Source of the DNA: Isurus oxyrinchus
Taxonomy: Eukaryota
Length of the DNA stretch: 64,000 nucleotides
NCBI GenBank assembly: GCA_026770705.1
Contig: JANJGN010000036.1
Coordinates: 3,410,001-3,474,000, forward strand
Direction of reading: 5' to 3'
The translations under genes were made by a program, and so were the position numbers. Shown here one piece after another: positions 10,129-23,731 of this stretch. The notes below the pieces were generated by a model that saw nothing but the letters and a program-made list of their open reading frames with translations, made no database searches and was not told the DNA's origin. How positions within the stretch are numbered: position 1 is the stretch's first letter; every line of letters begins with the position of its first letter.

Positions 10129-13100
10129 GGATTAAGGGAGACTGCTTCTCCATTTTGGTTTGCTGCACAAACACGGGTACAAATGATCCATTTATGCAGC
10201 GACACAGGCACATTTCAAGAAAGGGAGAATGGCGAAATAGCAATCTGTAAATAAACTGTAAAGGCTTTCCTTCCTTTGACGAGTAGGTTTTTACAAACAT
10301 AACAGAAGTCACGCCAAGAGCAGCAGCTGGGCCGTTGTACAAGCAAGTGGTGACTGCGGGAGGACCAGACAATATAGAATGACATGAGGAGGGGTAGAGC
10401 AGGAGGGGGAAACAGCAGCAGCCACAATCTCTGTGAAAGAATCCCTGCTGAACAAATGTTAAACTCTGATGGAACTATTATTCTCCTCTTTAAAAAATTA
10501 GCCTCCTTTTGGAGCTCGGCTAACATTTGGGCACTCCTTCCAATCTCTCATATCCGGTACTTCTTCATTCTTATCGGGCCCCAAAAGCTCGTGTTTTGTT
10601 CAAATTTCACCCCTTCCCCCTCCCTTTTCTACACTTACACTTTACACTTTCCAGTCACATTAAAATGACCTGGCCGCTTGGTACCCCAACTTAACATGAG
10701 ATCTCGCAGTTTAAAAACAGAGACAGATGTGCATTTCTATAGCGCCTTTCGCGCCCTCAGTGCATCCCTTAGCAATTGGCCGTCAATTAAGTTATTTTTT
10801 GAGATGTCATTTCCGTTGTAATGTAGGAAACGCATAAGCCAATTTGTGCAGAGCAATTCGCACAACCATCATCGTGACAATGGACAGATTTGACAGCCAG
10901 GTAAATTTTGGTCCCAGGACACAGAGGAGGTTTTCACCCCCGACTGCACGTCTTCCAATGGCGGCTGTGGGATCTTTTGCATGCAACTGAGATGGCTGAC
11001 AGGCTCGCATTTCTAAATCGCGCCCGAGAAACAATTCCTTCCCAAGTGCATCCCTTTCTCAGTACACATACTGAAAGCATCACTCTCTAAGTGGACATGA
11101 ACCCATAAGCTACTTATTCAAAGTTGAGGGATGTACCATCTAAGCCGTAAGTCAAAGCCAGCCAGCATCCTGGATTTATCAGTTTAAATCAATGAAAGTC
11201 CTCAATACTTTGATATTCCTAAAATCAATTTGCGGGGGCAATGTTGATTTGGAATGATAGTGAATTCTGGGAAACATCTGTTCAATTTCCTGCTCTATAT
11301 TGAAGGTAAGAAAGGAATTAAGAAAGTGTCTAACTGCGGAATGATCCATTTATCCCTGATACAGACTATTTTCCAAAGTTAAAATTCTTATTTTTTAATA
11401 TTTATTCACAGGATATGGGCATCGATGGCGAGGCAAACATTTGTTTACTTATTGCCACAGAGAAAGTGATGGCGAGCCGGGTCCTTGAAACAATGCATTC
11501 CCTGTGGTGAAAATGGTCCACAAATCCATTAGAAAAGGAGTTCCAGGATTTTGAACCAGCGATGAAGGAGGAAATATATCCATGTCTCGCTATCGTACAA
11601 CTTGCAGATTGTGGTGCCCTCTTTGGCCCCTGTCCTTGGAGGTAGTAGACGTTTCAGGTTTGGAATGTGCTGTCGAAAGGACCTTGGCGAGTTGCTGCAG
11701 TGCAACTTGTTGATGCTACACGCTGAAGTCACTGGGATTCGGTGCTGGAGAGGGTGAACGTTTGAGGTTTTGGATGAGGTGTCGCTCAAGCAGACTGGCC
11801 CAGGGACAGACAGGGTAAGAATCTGATACCTAGGAAACAGATTGAAATGAGCAACATTGACATAACTAATCAAGAGAAAACACCCATAAGTTTCCTGCCT
11901 GACAGGTGATTAATTAAAAGGAACTTATTTTACACCTTTTCTGAATGTTCAAATGACCCCTTTTGCTGCTGTAGAGAAGTGATGGAAACACCTGAATCGT
12001 TCGATAACTAACCTCCCGTTAACTGGGTACCGTATGAAGTGGGCAGATAGGAAAACTTAATCTTTCCTCTAGACAGAGTTAACTTTTCTCAGTGAAGGTC
12101 GGAAAGTCTATGCAGTTTGAAGCGTGTTGAAGTACCTCAGGGCGCCACATACCGTTTTGAAAGAGATAGAACAGCATTGCACTTTATCACAAAGCGAAAC
12201 AACCATGTTATGTAACTTAGCATATGGAATGAAAAAAGTATATTTTTGGACCACTAAAGGATTGCACAGTTTGCAGTGGTTTGCTGCACTACAGGACGTT
12301 AGTTGATGTTTATCTCATTGTGCATCCCTCGGAACGGCAAGATGAATCCCAGACTCCTTCTCGCCAAAGTCCACCCTCTCTCTTTCCACAGCTGCTTCGC
12401 AAAGACAAATTGCAGCATTTAGCCGGCCCTCTTCTCCATTTAATCGCAGGCCGATCGTTTTTTATTTAATTTCCCCCCTTCCCCGTTCATTGTTTGAAAC
12501 TTGGAAAGTGCGTAAAACTTTGTAGCTCTGGTCTGAAGCATTAAGTCAGTGAGATCACACAGAAAGACAAAGAGTTAGTCAGGTCTTTGAATTACAAAGA
12601 CCTGTCTTGTAAATGTCAACTCTATTTGTAAATGTGATGATCAACCTACTTTATTGGAAGAAATTAATTTGGATTACATCTTATGAAATGTCATATTAAG
12701 GGTTGCCGAAGCACTTTTATAAATTTTCATTAATAAAGTGTATTTTTTGAGAAAGAAATACTTTTCTGCAAATCCCTCAACCCCTGACAAAGTCTCATGT
12801 CTCCCGCCTGATAAGTTTTCAAAATTATTTGAATTTTTGCATATGGATTTGCAAGGATTTATTGATCGGTTTTGAGTTCAGTGAAACTTTGCTCACTTCC
12901 ACATCTCCTCCTTGGAAAATACACCAGATTTAGTCCAGTTGAAATGATTTGCGAAAGTAAAGTTCCTTTTTGTCCTCAAACTGGCTGCTGAAGTTTGGAA
13001 ATTGCAACGCAAATGCGGTGGGTTCTTTGGCAAATCTTTTCTCCTGCACAATTCATCAGAGTGAGTTCACCCGGATTCTCATCTGCCACCTACCTTTATT

Positions 13101-16100
13101 GATCTATTTCCCAATGCAGCAAACTCCAGGGAGGCTAAGTGAGGTCCTCCCCGAGAGTAGGAAACATACTAAACATTACCATTAAAAGGAAGTAAAAGAC
13201 ATTTCAGGTAATTTATATTCCTCCATAATTTAGCAAAGTCATACGAGATTTTCTAAGCGTCATGTTAAAAAATACCGAGATCTACCTCCACACTGAAGTT
13301 TTCGCTGCGTTGATGTTCCTGCCATTTGACTTTGATATTGTCCTCCCTCTTGGTGATTCCCTGATGATTTACCCCCTGGCTTGCAGTATCTGCAGTCCGC
13401 CAGCAGAGGGCGAGATTGTATCACTTTAATCAAAGGATGGAGAAACATCTTCACCTCTTCTATTTCCCCATAGTTCTGTTGAAGATTTATAAAGATTCGA
13501 AATGTTAACTGTATTCCTCTCCGCAGATGCTATCAGTCCTGCTGTGTTTTTCCAGCTATTTTTGTTCTTGTTTTGTGATAGAGAAGCATGTTTGCGGAGA
13601 AGGGGATTTGGCCCTTTTTAATTCATTCATTCGTCCATAGACAAAAGATCACCCATTGCCACCAGCCCTGCTGCTTCATACGTGACTTTAGGCTTTTCAC
13701 CCCCAATGCCAAATAAGTTCCAGAACTAATATTTTATATTTTTTTGTCCTGGAATTATTTTTCTCTTTAGGTATTTATCTGAATTCCATTTCACAGACAA
13801 TAATGATCGGCCCAGGCTTGGAGGGCTGAAGGGCCTGTTCCTGTGCTGTACTTCTCTCTGTTCCTTGTTCTGTAATAGACAAGCTCATTTCAGAGAGATA
13901 TACAAAGACAGAGACTAATAGATAAAGGATGAGATTGTGCTGTACATGTTTCAGAGTTGACGCTACGACAACCGGGTAGCATAGCAACAGATGTGAATGA
14001 ATCGTTCCCTTTTGCCTGTAGTGTAATAGATATGTACAAGATCTGGCAGGCAAAGCTTTATAATTACATACCACGTATAACTGTAATAAAACGCCATGAG
14101 ATGTTTCACCAGAGCCTTTTGGAGCAGAATTTGACACCAAGAGATTAGTCTCAATGATCAGTTTCTTCAAAGCGGCCGGTTTTACAGAGCGTCTTCAATG
14201 AGGAAAGGGAAATGTAGTGGGGAAGGGAGTTCGAGGCAATGAATTTCACACTTCGTGTTTTGGAAGCCAAGTCAAGGCCAACAATGATCACAGAAGCACA
14301 GAGTCATCGTATCTGCACTAGCTCTCTGAAAGGGCATTTGGGCTGGATCCACTCCCCTGCCTTATCTCCGTAACCCTGCACTTTCACATCATTCTGGCAA
14401 TGGGTTATCAAAGTTGGGGGCCGTCAAGAAGACAGAATTAGAGGGACCCTCATATCGGAGGATTGTGCAACTGGAAGAGGTTACAGGTTCGGAAGAGTTC
14501 TTTGGGGAATCCATTTCCAAACATCTACCATCTTTCGTGTTTCTAAGTGTTTCTTATTTTCTCTCATGCAACGGTTTGCTACAACTGTTAAATGCTAGAC
14601 TGTTCCCGTAGCCCTAGATTCCCCCAGCAGTGGAAATAGTGTCTTTCAATTTGCCCTATCATTTTCCATTATTAGCTTGAAAACTTTGACCAACTCACAT
14701 TTGCTTCTAAATTCCAGGAATAAAGTGTGAATTAATTCATTGCGTGTAAAGCATTCTGAACCATTCATCTCGAGCCTGTGTAAAGGATTTTTCTGAAATT
14801 CTCAAACAATCATTTTTGTGTTGTTTTAGATAGGGCGGTGTGAGTTTGAGGTTAAAATTAAATATTCAGTGATAATTTAAATTCATTTTACTGCAGACCT
14901 GATAGCAGTTGGGAGCTGGGGTTGAAATTCCTGCTGTCTCTCTATTTTCCTCGAGGATTCTCTTCTCTCTCTGTTAATTCGCCTCAGAGAAATACAGCAA
15001 CATGATGTCATTAACGGGGTATTTGAAAGAACATTCCAATCAAGATTACACACAGACAAGATGCAGAGAGGGAGATGAAGAGACACCGAGAGAGATACAG
15101 AGACACAAAAAGAGAAATAAAAAGATAGGGGTCATTATGAAAAATGTTTCGCTGCCTTGTGTTTCCAGAAATCTTCACCGAAAACAAGTCTATCTCACCG
15201 TGACCGCATTCCATGTGAGATGGTGCTGTGTGTACAGTGCCTGCGCCCTCTTCCGTCCACTGCAAGAATGAAATCACTTTGTAAAAAAACAGGTTGGAGA
15301 GAAAGAAGGGGATGGGAGCCGGGGGAAGGATGACAAAGAGAGAGAGAGAAAAACATTTAAGGCAGCAAAACAGATGGGAGGCGTGTTGGAGGTTTGTGTG
15401 GTAGGGGAAATAGAAACAACCTTTAATGGAATGACAGCTCCCGAGGCCCTGGAATTGATTTGCTAAATGTGAAGCTGTGGAAACACTTGTTAGAATCCCT
15501 GAATAGCTTCTGTGTTGCGGACAGAGTAACGAATTGGGCATTGAAATTTAATGTGCTTTGAGGAGGGTGAGTAATTTGAATTCAGTTCATAATATTTTCT
15601 GAAAAGCCTCGCAAAAAGTCTTCCAAAGGGAACAGAGGCTTCTTCCCAGTTGGAAAGCGGAAGGTTAGTCCTTTCTGGGGTGACTGGGGTTGGGGGCCGG
15701 GGAAGGCGGGAAAAACTGCATATTATTACATTGCTGCAGTGGGATCTTGCTGTGTACATGTTGCCCACAACCTTCTCTGCAGTAAAACCGTGGCGACACG
15801 GCCCAAATCTAGTTTAGTGAGTTGTAATTGTGGATTCTCAGTACAAAACATGATTAGGGTGTCATGCATCAACAGTTAAAATGGTAAGACAGAAAATCAC
15901 AGACAGCATTTGAAGCAAAATTCATCGCAAGTTATTGGAAAAAGAACAGAGACACGGATGGATTTATCGAAAGCAGGGGGAAGAGAAATTTGAGCAGAGT
16001 TGTAGGGCTTGAGAGAGATGGGGAGAGAAACAGCGAGGCAGGACTCTGTGCAAGAAGTGTGAGATCCATTGTCTAACATCGAATATGCAACAGCACAAAT

Positions 16101-17749
16101 CCTGGATTGATCGGGCAGAGTGGGGTGGGGGTGGGGATGGGGGCGTAGTGAATGGGCGAGGGATACATGGGAATAATCAGTGTTTGCCTGTTATACAATG
16201 AGACAGAAAATACATCTGGAGGCAACAGATTCAACGCAGAGGTAGAGGTACAGACTCTTCGTGTGTAGATGGGAATGGGTCTGGGATAGTGTTCCAGTGT
16301 TTGTTGATTGTCCAGATTCTGGAGAAAGCACCCGCCCCTCCCCACCCCCCCACCTTCCAACACCTCCCGACCCTTCACCCTCACAACAAAACCCACCCCC
16401 CCCCCCAACCTACTCCACACACACCCTCCTCCATTCCAGGGTGTGTAATGTATTATTTTTTAATTGAATACTGGGACAGTCATTTGGCATTGGCACCTTC
16501 ATTTCATTTGAAATCTGTTCCCATTGTCTGCTTTCAATATCAGCACATGCGTTTTACAACGGCGTCCCCTGAGATTGATATGTCAGTGAGTGAGAGGAGT
16601 CCTGGGATCTTGCTCACTCTTTTCGTTTCCATAATATGTGCTTTTGTTTGATTACTTTCCATGTTCTCTCTCTCCCCCGAGCCGAATTTATTTGGAAACT
16701 GCACTTCCTGAAGAGGCAAAGAGAGAAGAGGCAAAGAGAGAATACTTTTCCGACCAGGAATCCTCGGACAAGAGCTGTAACGGGAGGAGGAACTCTTAAT
16801 AAATGTATATGTCACGTTGTCATCCATTTCTCTACACAGAGAAAAGTCTTATCTTTAAGGTATTTTTTGCAATTTTCACAGTAAGACTCAGGGTCTGCGG
16901 GATGCGATGAACTCAGAGCTAAGACTTTTGAGACTCGCTGCGGTAGAGGGAGCCCAAAGTAATTCCATAGATTTCAATCCCTCCATTTCTTCCTGTAACT
17001 CTGCATCATCTTTCACTTTCATAGCTGTTTCCCCACATCTTCAAATTTCTCCCTCTCTCCACATCATTTATGTCCCTCACTCTCTAAGAAAATTTAGACA
17101 AATCATTTTCTTAACCACTTTGGATATTTGTCCTCTCTCCCTTTCTGAACCATGTTCAGTGTCTCTCCCCACGCCCACCGCAATCCCTTCACCATCGACC
17201 CCCACGACGAACGCTATTTCTCTCACTATTTACTTGTCCATGTATCATTTCGTATCGTTGCCTTTTTTAAAAAGTCATTCACGTGATGTGCGCGTCAGTG
17301 GCTAATCTGGCATTTATTGCCCATCCCTCACTGCCCCTAGAGAAGGTGGTGGTGAGCTGCCTTCTTGAACCGCTCCAGTCCCTGTGGTATTGGGACACCC
17401 ACAGTGCTGTTAGGGAGGGAGTTCCAGGATTTTGAACCAGCTACCCTATAAGAAGGAATATTTCCAACTCAGTGTGGTGAGTGGTTTGGAGGGGTAATTC
17501 CAGGTGCTGGTGCTCCCACTGATCTGTTGCCCTTGTCTTTCTATGTGGTATTGGTCTTGGGTTTGGAATGAATATTTAGGGCGACGAGGATATTTTTACT
17601 GAATGTTTAAAATGATGATTTTCCAACAGAGTCTGAATAATGATGCGAATATCATTTTACACAGAAGATCAGAGATAGGCTGACAGCGGTGGGGTTGGAG
17701 AGGAGGACAGAATGATTAATACTTTCAGGTCAAAAGGAGAGGAGATCAT

Positions 17750-18370
17750 TCAAATTTGGATCTGTTCACATGAAAGGGGCGAATCAGGCAGTGTTCTATT
17801 GAGAGAGCGGGGGAATCAGACAGGGATCTACTCACGGGGTGGTGCGGTGGTGGGGAGGGATTGATGCATGATCTGTTCACAGGTATGAAGTGAATCAGGT
17901 AGTGATCAATTCACAGCGTGAGGAATGAAGGCAGGGATTTGTTCACAGAATGGTGGCAAATCAGACATTGGCCTATACACAAGGTGTGACAATCATACAG
18001 AGACCTGTTCACCTTGGGCGGGGGTGAATCAGACAAGGACCTGTTCACAGGGGCGGAGATCAAGACAGGGGTTCAGCTCACAGGGAGCATGATATCAGAT
18101 AGGGATCGGTGCACAGGGTGGTGGGAAATCAGGTAGTTTTTCTGTTCATATGGATGGGGAGTTATCCGCAAGAAGCTTCGGCGGGAGAATCATCCAGGGG
18201 ATGTTTTCGGTGGGGGTTAATTATCTAGGATGCAGTTATGGCGGGGGTAATGTAGAAATATCCAGGGGACAGATTGCTTGGTATGGAGGCAGACACTAGG
18301 TATGTAAGCAGTACGTCTCAAAAAGTGGTGGATGGTATCAGATAGAAAGTCCCTTCTGCAGTTCACAGCG
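17750..18370. repeat. Degenerate ~33-bp minisatellite
   Basis: Recurrent aatcag(a/g)cagggatctgttcacag core separated by short G-rich variable segments. Confidence 0.7.
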
Positions 18371-18379
18371 GGCAAGGTA

Positions 18380-18930
18380 CAGATCAGACACAACCAGCCG
18401 GCGCTTTCGAAATTCATAACACAGTGCCCAAAGTTTGACGTGATCCTGCGATTGGACAATGTTTGCTAAATAATCCTCAGCGTGCAAAATATTACACTGA
18501 TAACCAATTTAAGATTGTCAGTCTTGCTCGTAATGAGGCACGTTTTTGTGTACTGGAAGCTATATACATTTATACACAGGAACCCTTGCAGACAGAAAGA
18601 ACAAGTACACACATTACGCCTGTTTCAGCTGAACAAAATAAGTGATCACCATTCGCTATTTTATTCCTCAGTGCAATACCTTGACCAATCAGAGTCAAGC
18701 TGCCTGTTTTAAATTTAGAACTATGTTTGACGGTTAACTTTCAGTCACCATCACTGGTGCATCCTCCATGGCAACGCCCCTACCGACCAGAGCCCACTCG
18801 CTAACCAATCAGCACTCTCTTCTCATTATGCACAGAGTTGTTGCTTCCCCTGTCATTGGTATTCTTGCGATTGTCCTGATGACTGCAAGACTTTTACAAG
18901 AGTTGAAAATTTGAACAAAATCTCTTTTTC
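18380..18930 (+). mobile_element. 3' fragment of a second Penelope-like family (endonuclease C-terminus + terminal region)
   Basis: AIGQCLLNNPQRAKYYTDNQFKIVSLARNEARFCVLEAIYI..P/CRQKEQVHTL resembles the C-terminal part of PLE GIY-YIG domains; followed by ttgtcCTGATGA..GAAA at 18871-18908. Confidence 0.6.
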
Positions 18931-19649
18931 CAGAGATACTCAAATTCTGTGCTAGCAAACTACTACTCACTCTTTCAGTACAGCATGTGGTGCTCTACGG
19001 TACTACAATAGACTGGCAGCTTGATTAGGTTTACGGTTCTCATTTCATATCAAACATTTTCTGCTGCTTTGTGTGACAGAGGTCAGATTGACAGCGCAGA
19101 ACATTATCAGGAGGTCACCTGGATAGGTCGCCAGGTAATAAACAAGTGTCAGATCTACTCAGCTTGCACCTTTGAAGAAAATGGTTTTTGACTTATAGTT
19201 TTGCATTTATTTTCTCACCTCCCTAATTCCCACTGAAACCATGATGTCTGCTCACAGCTAAGATATGTAAGGACGATCTTTGTATCGCACTAAATCACCT
19301 GTCTTCTATTGATTCACTGGGGTATTCAAATTAAACATGAACTGCAAACATAACAGGTCACTTCAAAATGCAGAACAAGCTTTTGAAGGATGACAACGGC
19401 AATTCATCTTATGCTGCTTCCATTACCAAGAGCAATTCACACCCAGGTGGGTCACGGTGGTCGGATGGACTATACAAATCACAATTTCTTGGACCCTAGG
19501 CATTCGGCCTAAATATGCAGAACCAGCAAAGAACTGGAGGATAGACACTTACTTTAAATGTATTTATTCTTTCACAGGATGTGGGCATCGCTGGCTGGGT
19601 CAGCGCTGATTTCCCATCCCTAATTCATTCTGCTGGGTTCTGTCATAAT

Positions 19650-20050
19650 CACAGACTCAAACATACAGACACAGACACACACTCACACTCTTTCACTCTC
19701 ACACGCATGCAAACAGACGACCATGCTCTCAGAAATACACACTCTCTCACAAACATACACGCTTAAAAAGTCACGCTCTCTCTCTCTCACACATATGTTC
19801 TCTCACACACACTTCCTGTCAAAAACTCGATTACACACATACACTCTCTTACACACACTCTCTCACACACACAAACACATGCACTCTCTGACACATAAGT
19901 TCTCTCACGCACACGTCCTGTCACAAATTACACACGTACCTCTCTCTCTCACACACACACTCTCACACACACAGACACATCCGCCCTCTCATGCACATGC
20001 ACTCCCATACGTTCTCACAGGGAAACATTCTCACACAGACACTTACACAA
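19650..20050. repeat. Degenerate (CA)n/(CT)n simple repeat
   Basis: Direct inspection. Confidence 0.8.
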
Positions 20051-23000
20051 CATCTAGGGTCACAGTGATAGTGGCCATTAGTCTGCTTTTTATCCTCCTG
20101 TCCAGCCTCAATCAATCTTCCATTCAACTCATTGTAATTCTATCTAACAATAGGAACCTGTAAGCAATGTTTACAGATGACTCAGCCATTCTGACAATTG
20201 GAATCATTCTCTAATCTGTCCAGTCGAGACGTTGGTTCACAGACTTTCGCCAGCGAAGATCAAGCTGTGTTTCCTCCTTGATCTGAAATGGTGCATCTTA
20301 TGAATTCACAGCCTAGATAATCAAGCTCACAAACAATCGATAATACTTTACTGACTTTATTAACTGCGATAATACAGACTAAACCAAATAGCAAATATTG
20401 AATGAATTCATCAAAGACCTTTAAGATATAAAGTTGGGGATAATTGGTAAAGTATGTAATAGGAGCAGTGGCTTCCATAGTTTAAGTTTCACAAAGCATT
20501 TCTAACAACAATCAAGTTAGCAAGACCATTGCAATGAAAGGAAGGGCTGGTGCTAATTTCCAGGGGAATTGAACTGAAAAGCAGGAGAACCTGATGAAAC
20601 GTAAATGTAACCTTGCTTATGGCACACACAGCCTACTGTTGGCAACATGTAATTATGGCATTTAAGGAAAGGAATAGGAAGGTCTACAATCAACTTTGGG
20701 AGATTCGGAGGCGCAGGGGTCAGAGTTAAAGTATTAAAAGAAGCTGAGAGGAAAAGGGAGGCAAATTTCAAATGCATGGTGCAGTTTCGTGCACTATCCC
20801 CGAAGCAACCTTCAAGATAAATATCCCGCAGAGGACGTCTTGCATCTTATACCAAAAATGAAGTTTTTGTATATTATTCCAACAGCTGAATAAATTCAGC
20901 TCTTTTGTATCCTGTCGGATCGTCTCGCCTCTGTTAGATTGTGGCCAACTGTGTATTAATTGTTTAGGTACAAACTGAAACTTTATGCCAGTCTGGATAA
21001 TCTATAATCATTTACAGAAACACTGCATGATAAATACTCAAATGTTCCCCAATAAGTCAATGTTCCACCAACATTGCATTGTTGCCACAACATGAAAATG
21101 GATGGGCATGGACAATGTACACGATACGACCGCCTTCCTTCTCCCACCCCTGCAATGGCCATTTCTATTTGTTCACCTGATATAATTTTGCCAATGTTAG
21201 ACGCATTGTGTGGTTACAGCACAGAAGAGCCAATTCAGCCTTTTGTGTCCATATTGGGTCTCTGAAAGAGGAAGTCACTTGGTCCACCCCCGCCCCATCC
21301 CCGCCGTTTCCCCATAGCCCTGGAAATTATTTTTTCTTTCTATTTTCTCATAATTATCCAGTTTCGTCATTCAGGACCCTTCCACCAATGGCAACAGTTT
21401 ATCCCTATCCACTGCCTTCAGACACTTCTTGATTTTTAATATCCCTATCAAATCTCCTCTCAACCTTCTCTCCTCCCAGGAAAAAAAGCGCCAATTTCCC
21501 CACACTAACTTTGGAACTGAATTTCCGTATCCTTGGTAACATTCTCGAAAATCTTGTCTGCAGCCTCTCGACAGCCGTCACACCTTTACCAATGTGTGGC
21601 GCCGAGAACTGGGCACACTACTCCGGCCGAGGCCAAAATCAATCTTTGTATGCAGCTTTCGTATAAATTTGTGCTTTTGTACTTTGTGCCCGTGTTAATA
21701 AAATCCAGAATCCCCTGCGTTTTACCTACAGCTCCATCAACCTATTGCGTCATATTAAATGATTTGAACACGTGTACAACCAGATGACCCTGTTCATGAA
21801 CAGCTTTTAGAATCGCAAGCTTTATTTAATATTGCCTCACCTCTTTCTTCCTAAAAAAACGGATCACTTCACACTTCTGTGTATTAAGTTTAATCTGCCG
21901 CCTGTTAGCCCATTCCACCATCCTGTCTGTGTTCCCTTGAAGTCGATCACTTCCACGTTTTGTGTCAATCACTAATTTTGAATCTGTACTCTGTACACCA
22001 TTGTCAAGGACAATAATATATATTAAGAAAAGTGCGGGCCCTCAAAACCAAGCCCTGGGGAACCCCAATCCATATTTCCCTGCAGTCTCCATTAATAACC
22101 AATAATTGACCGTTTTATGGGGCTAACAGACCGGAGAGTGGTTTCATAATATATTGATGGCGGGAAATGCACTTCTTAATCTCATGAATTTCCAGAATTT
22201 GATATTTAATTGGTACAAAAATGTCTGTCAATCTGACCTGTTTGACTCTCCATCCGCACTGCACTTTAGCCTCTCTCGCTCTCTCGAACTGGATTCGAAC
22301 AAAAATATCAATGAAGTATTTGGTCTTCTAATACCTGGCTGATGTGACAGAAATAATCTGATGCAAAAAATCGTCGATCCGTCTTAGATTCAAACTTGAG
22401 AGATCATAGAGCATGTCAGCGTATTTCATTGGAGTTAATGTTGGGGTTGGACTGGGTTACACCAAGTGTTAAATATAGAGAGGGTGTTCGGTTTAAACAT
22501 TGCAGATGGCCCAGTTACTCACTTTTCATTGTGGGATATTTGCCTCGTTCTCCTGAGAGTAGAATTTGTAAGTAGCAATTTGAAACTGCGAGAAGGGACA
22601 TTGGACAACCAGTTGTGAAAATGCCCCTGATAAACATCGATCCTGACCTGATATGCCGGTTCTTCGTGTCCCAATTGAAATGAGATTCAAGAGTAGAACT
22701 GGGATCGCCGCCACCATTCTCACAACATTACAATTTGGAATTCACCATCCTGCAGAGACAAAACAATTAGAAACTGCGCCAAAACCTGGAAAAGCTCAGC
22801 ACGCCTGACAGCATCTGCGGAGAGCGATACAGTTGACGTTTCAGGACAGTATGAACCGTTATCACAACTAAAACGTACAGAAATGAGATGAAATATAAGC
22901 TGGTAGAAGGGGGTGGGATACGAGACCTCGACAGGGGGCCAGTGATAGGCGGAGGCCCAGAAGGGACTGCCAAACATGTCAAAGGCAAAAGGACAAAGGG

Positions 23001-23089
23001 CTGTTCTCCCTATTTCTAACCTAGTTAAATGGTGACTTTTGGGACATTCATCTATCTTCCTATCTCTGGACCTCTCTCTGTCCCTTCCT

Positions 23090-23690
23090 CATTCTCTCTT
23101 TCTCGCTCTGTCTCTAACGAACGCTATCTCTATCCTTTTCGATCCAGTTAAACACTTCTGTATAAGTCTTATTCTCTTTCTATCACAGTCCCTTCATCTC
23201 CCTATCTCTATCTGTATATCGATCTAACCATCTCTCCATCCATCTCCCCATCCATCTCTATGATCCACTTCTCCCACTCTCCTAAATCTCCCGCTCTCGC
23301 TCTCCCCTCTCTCCCCATCTCTCCCTCTTCCCCACTCTCTCCTTCTCTCCCCCTGTCCCTCTCTCCCCATTTCTCCCTCTCCCTCTCACGAACTTACCCT
23401 CTCTCCTCTATCTCCATCTCTCTCTCTCCCCTGCTCCCTCCCCATCTCTCCCTCTCTCTGTCGTTCCCTCCTTCCCCATCTCTCCGTCTCCTCCCCTCTC
23501 TGACTCTACCTCGCTTCGCATCTCTCCTATCTCCCTCTTTGACCCTCTCTCCTCTGCTTCCCCTCCCGCCCATTCTCACCTCTCTCCCCCTCGTCAACTG
23601 TTTCTCTCTGTATTTCTATCATGGTTAAACAGTTTTCTCTAAGTGATCTGCTCTGTCGATCACTCTCTATCCATCTATCTCTGTCTGAAC
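23090..23690. repeat. CT-rich low-complexity tract, paralogous to 50350-51100
   Basis: Direct inspection; flanks align with the C1-TM intron of gene E. Confidence 0.75.
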
Positions 23691-23731
23691 ATTTATTTGC
23701 TGGTAAAACAGTGTTCTATATACCTCTAAAA

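Larger units (their letters stand above)
13074..22749 (-). pseudogene. Gene C: 3' remnant of a third type 1 receptor (TM, cyt1, cyt2 only)
   Basis: TM exon 22648-22749 (GW*IPNCNVVRMVAAIPVLLLNLISIGTRRTGIS); cyt1 homolog 20900-20948 (donor mutated to ctgaat); terminal exon homolog ~13074-13160 (GGPHLASLEFAALGNRSIKVGGR*). Flanking introns are homologous to A and B. Leader, V and C1 are absent. Confidence 0.75.

Noticed and set aside
15011-17305. Several 100-176 aa ORFs
   Set aside because: No recognisable domain; overlapping on both strands, consistent with random ORFs.
17750-18370. CRISPR-like array
   Set aside because: Eukaryotic context, highly degenerate repeats, very short low-complexity spacers, no cas genes.
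23260-23628. Leu/Ser/Pro-rich ORFs here and at 50221-51570
   Set aside because: CT-rich low-complexity sequence.
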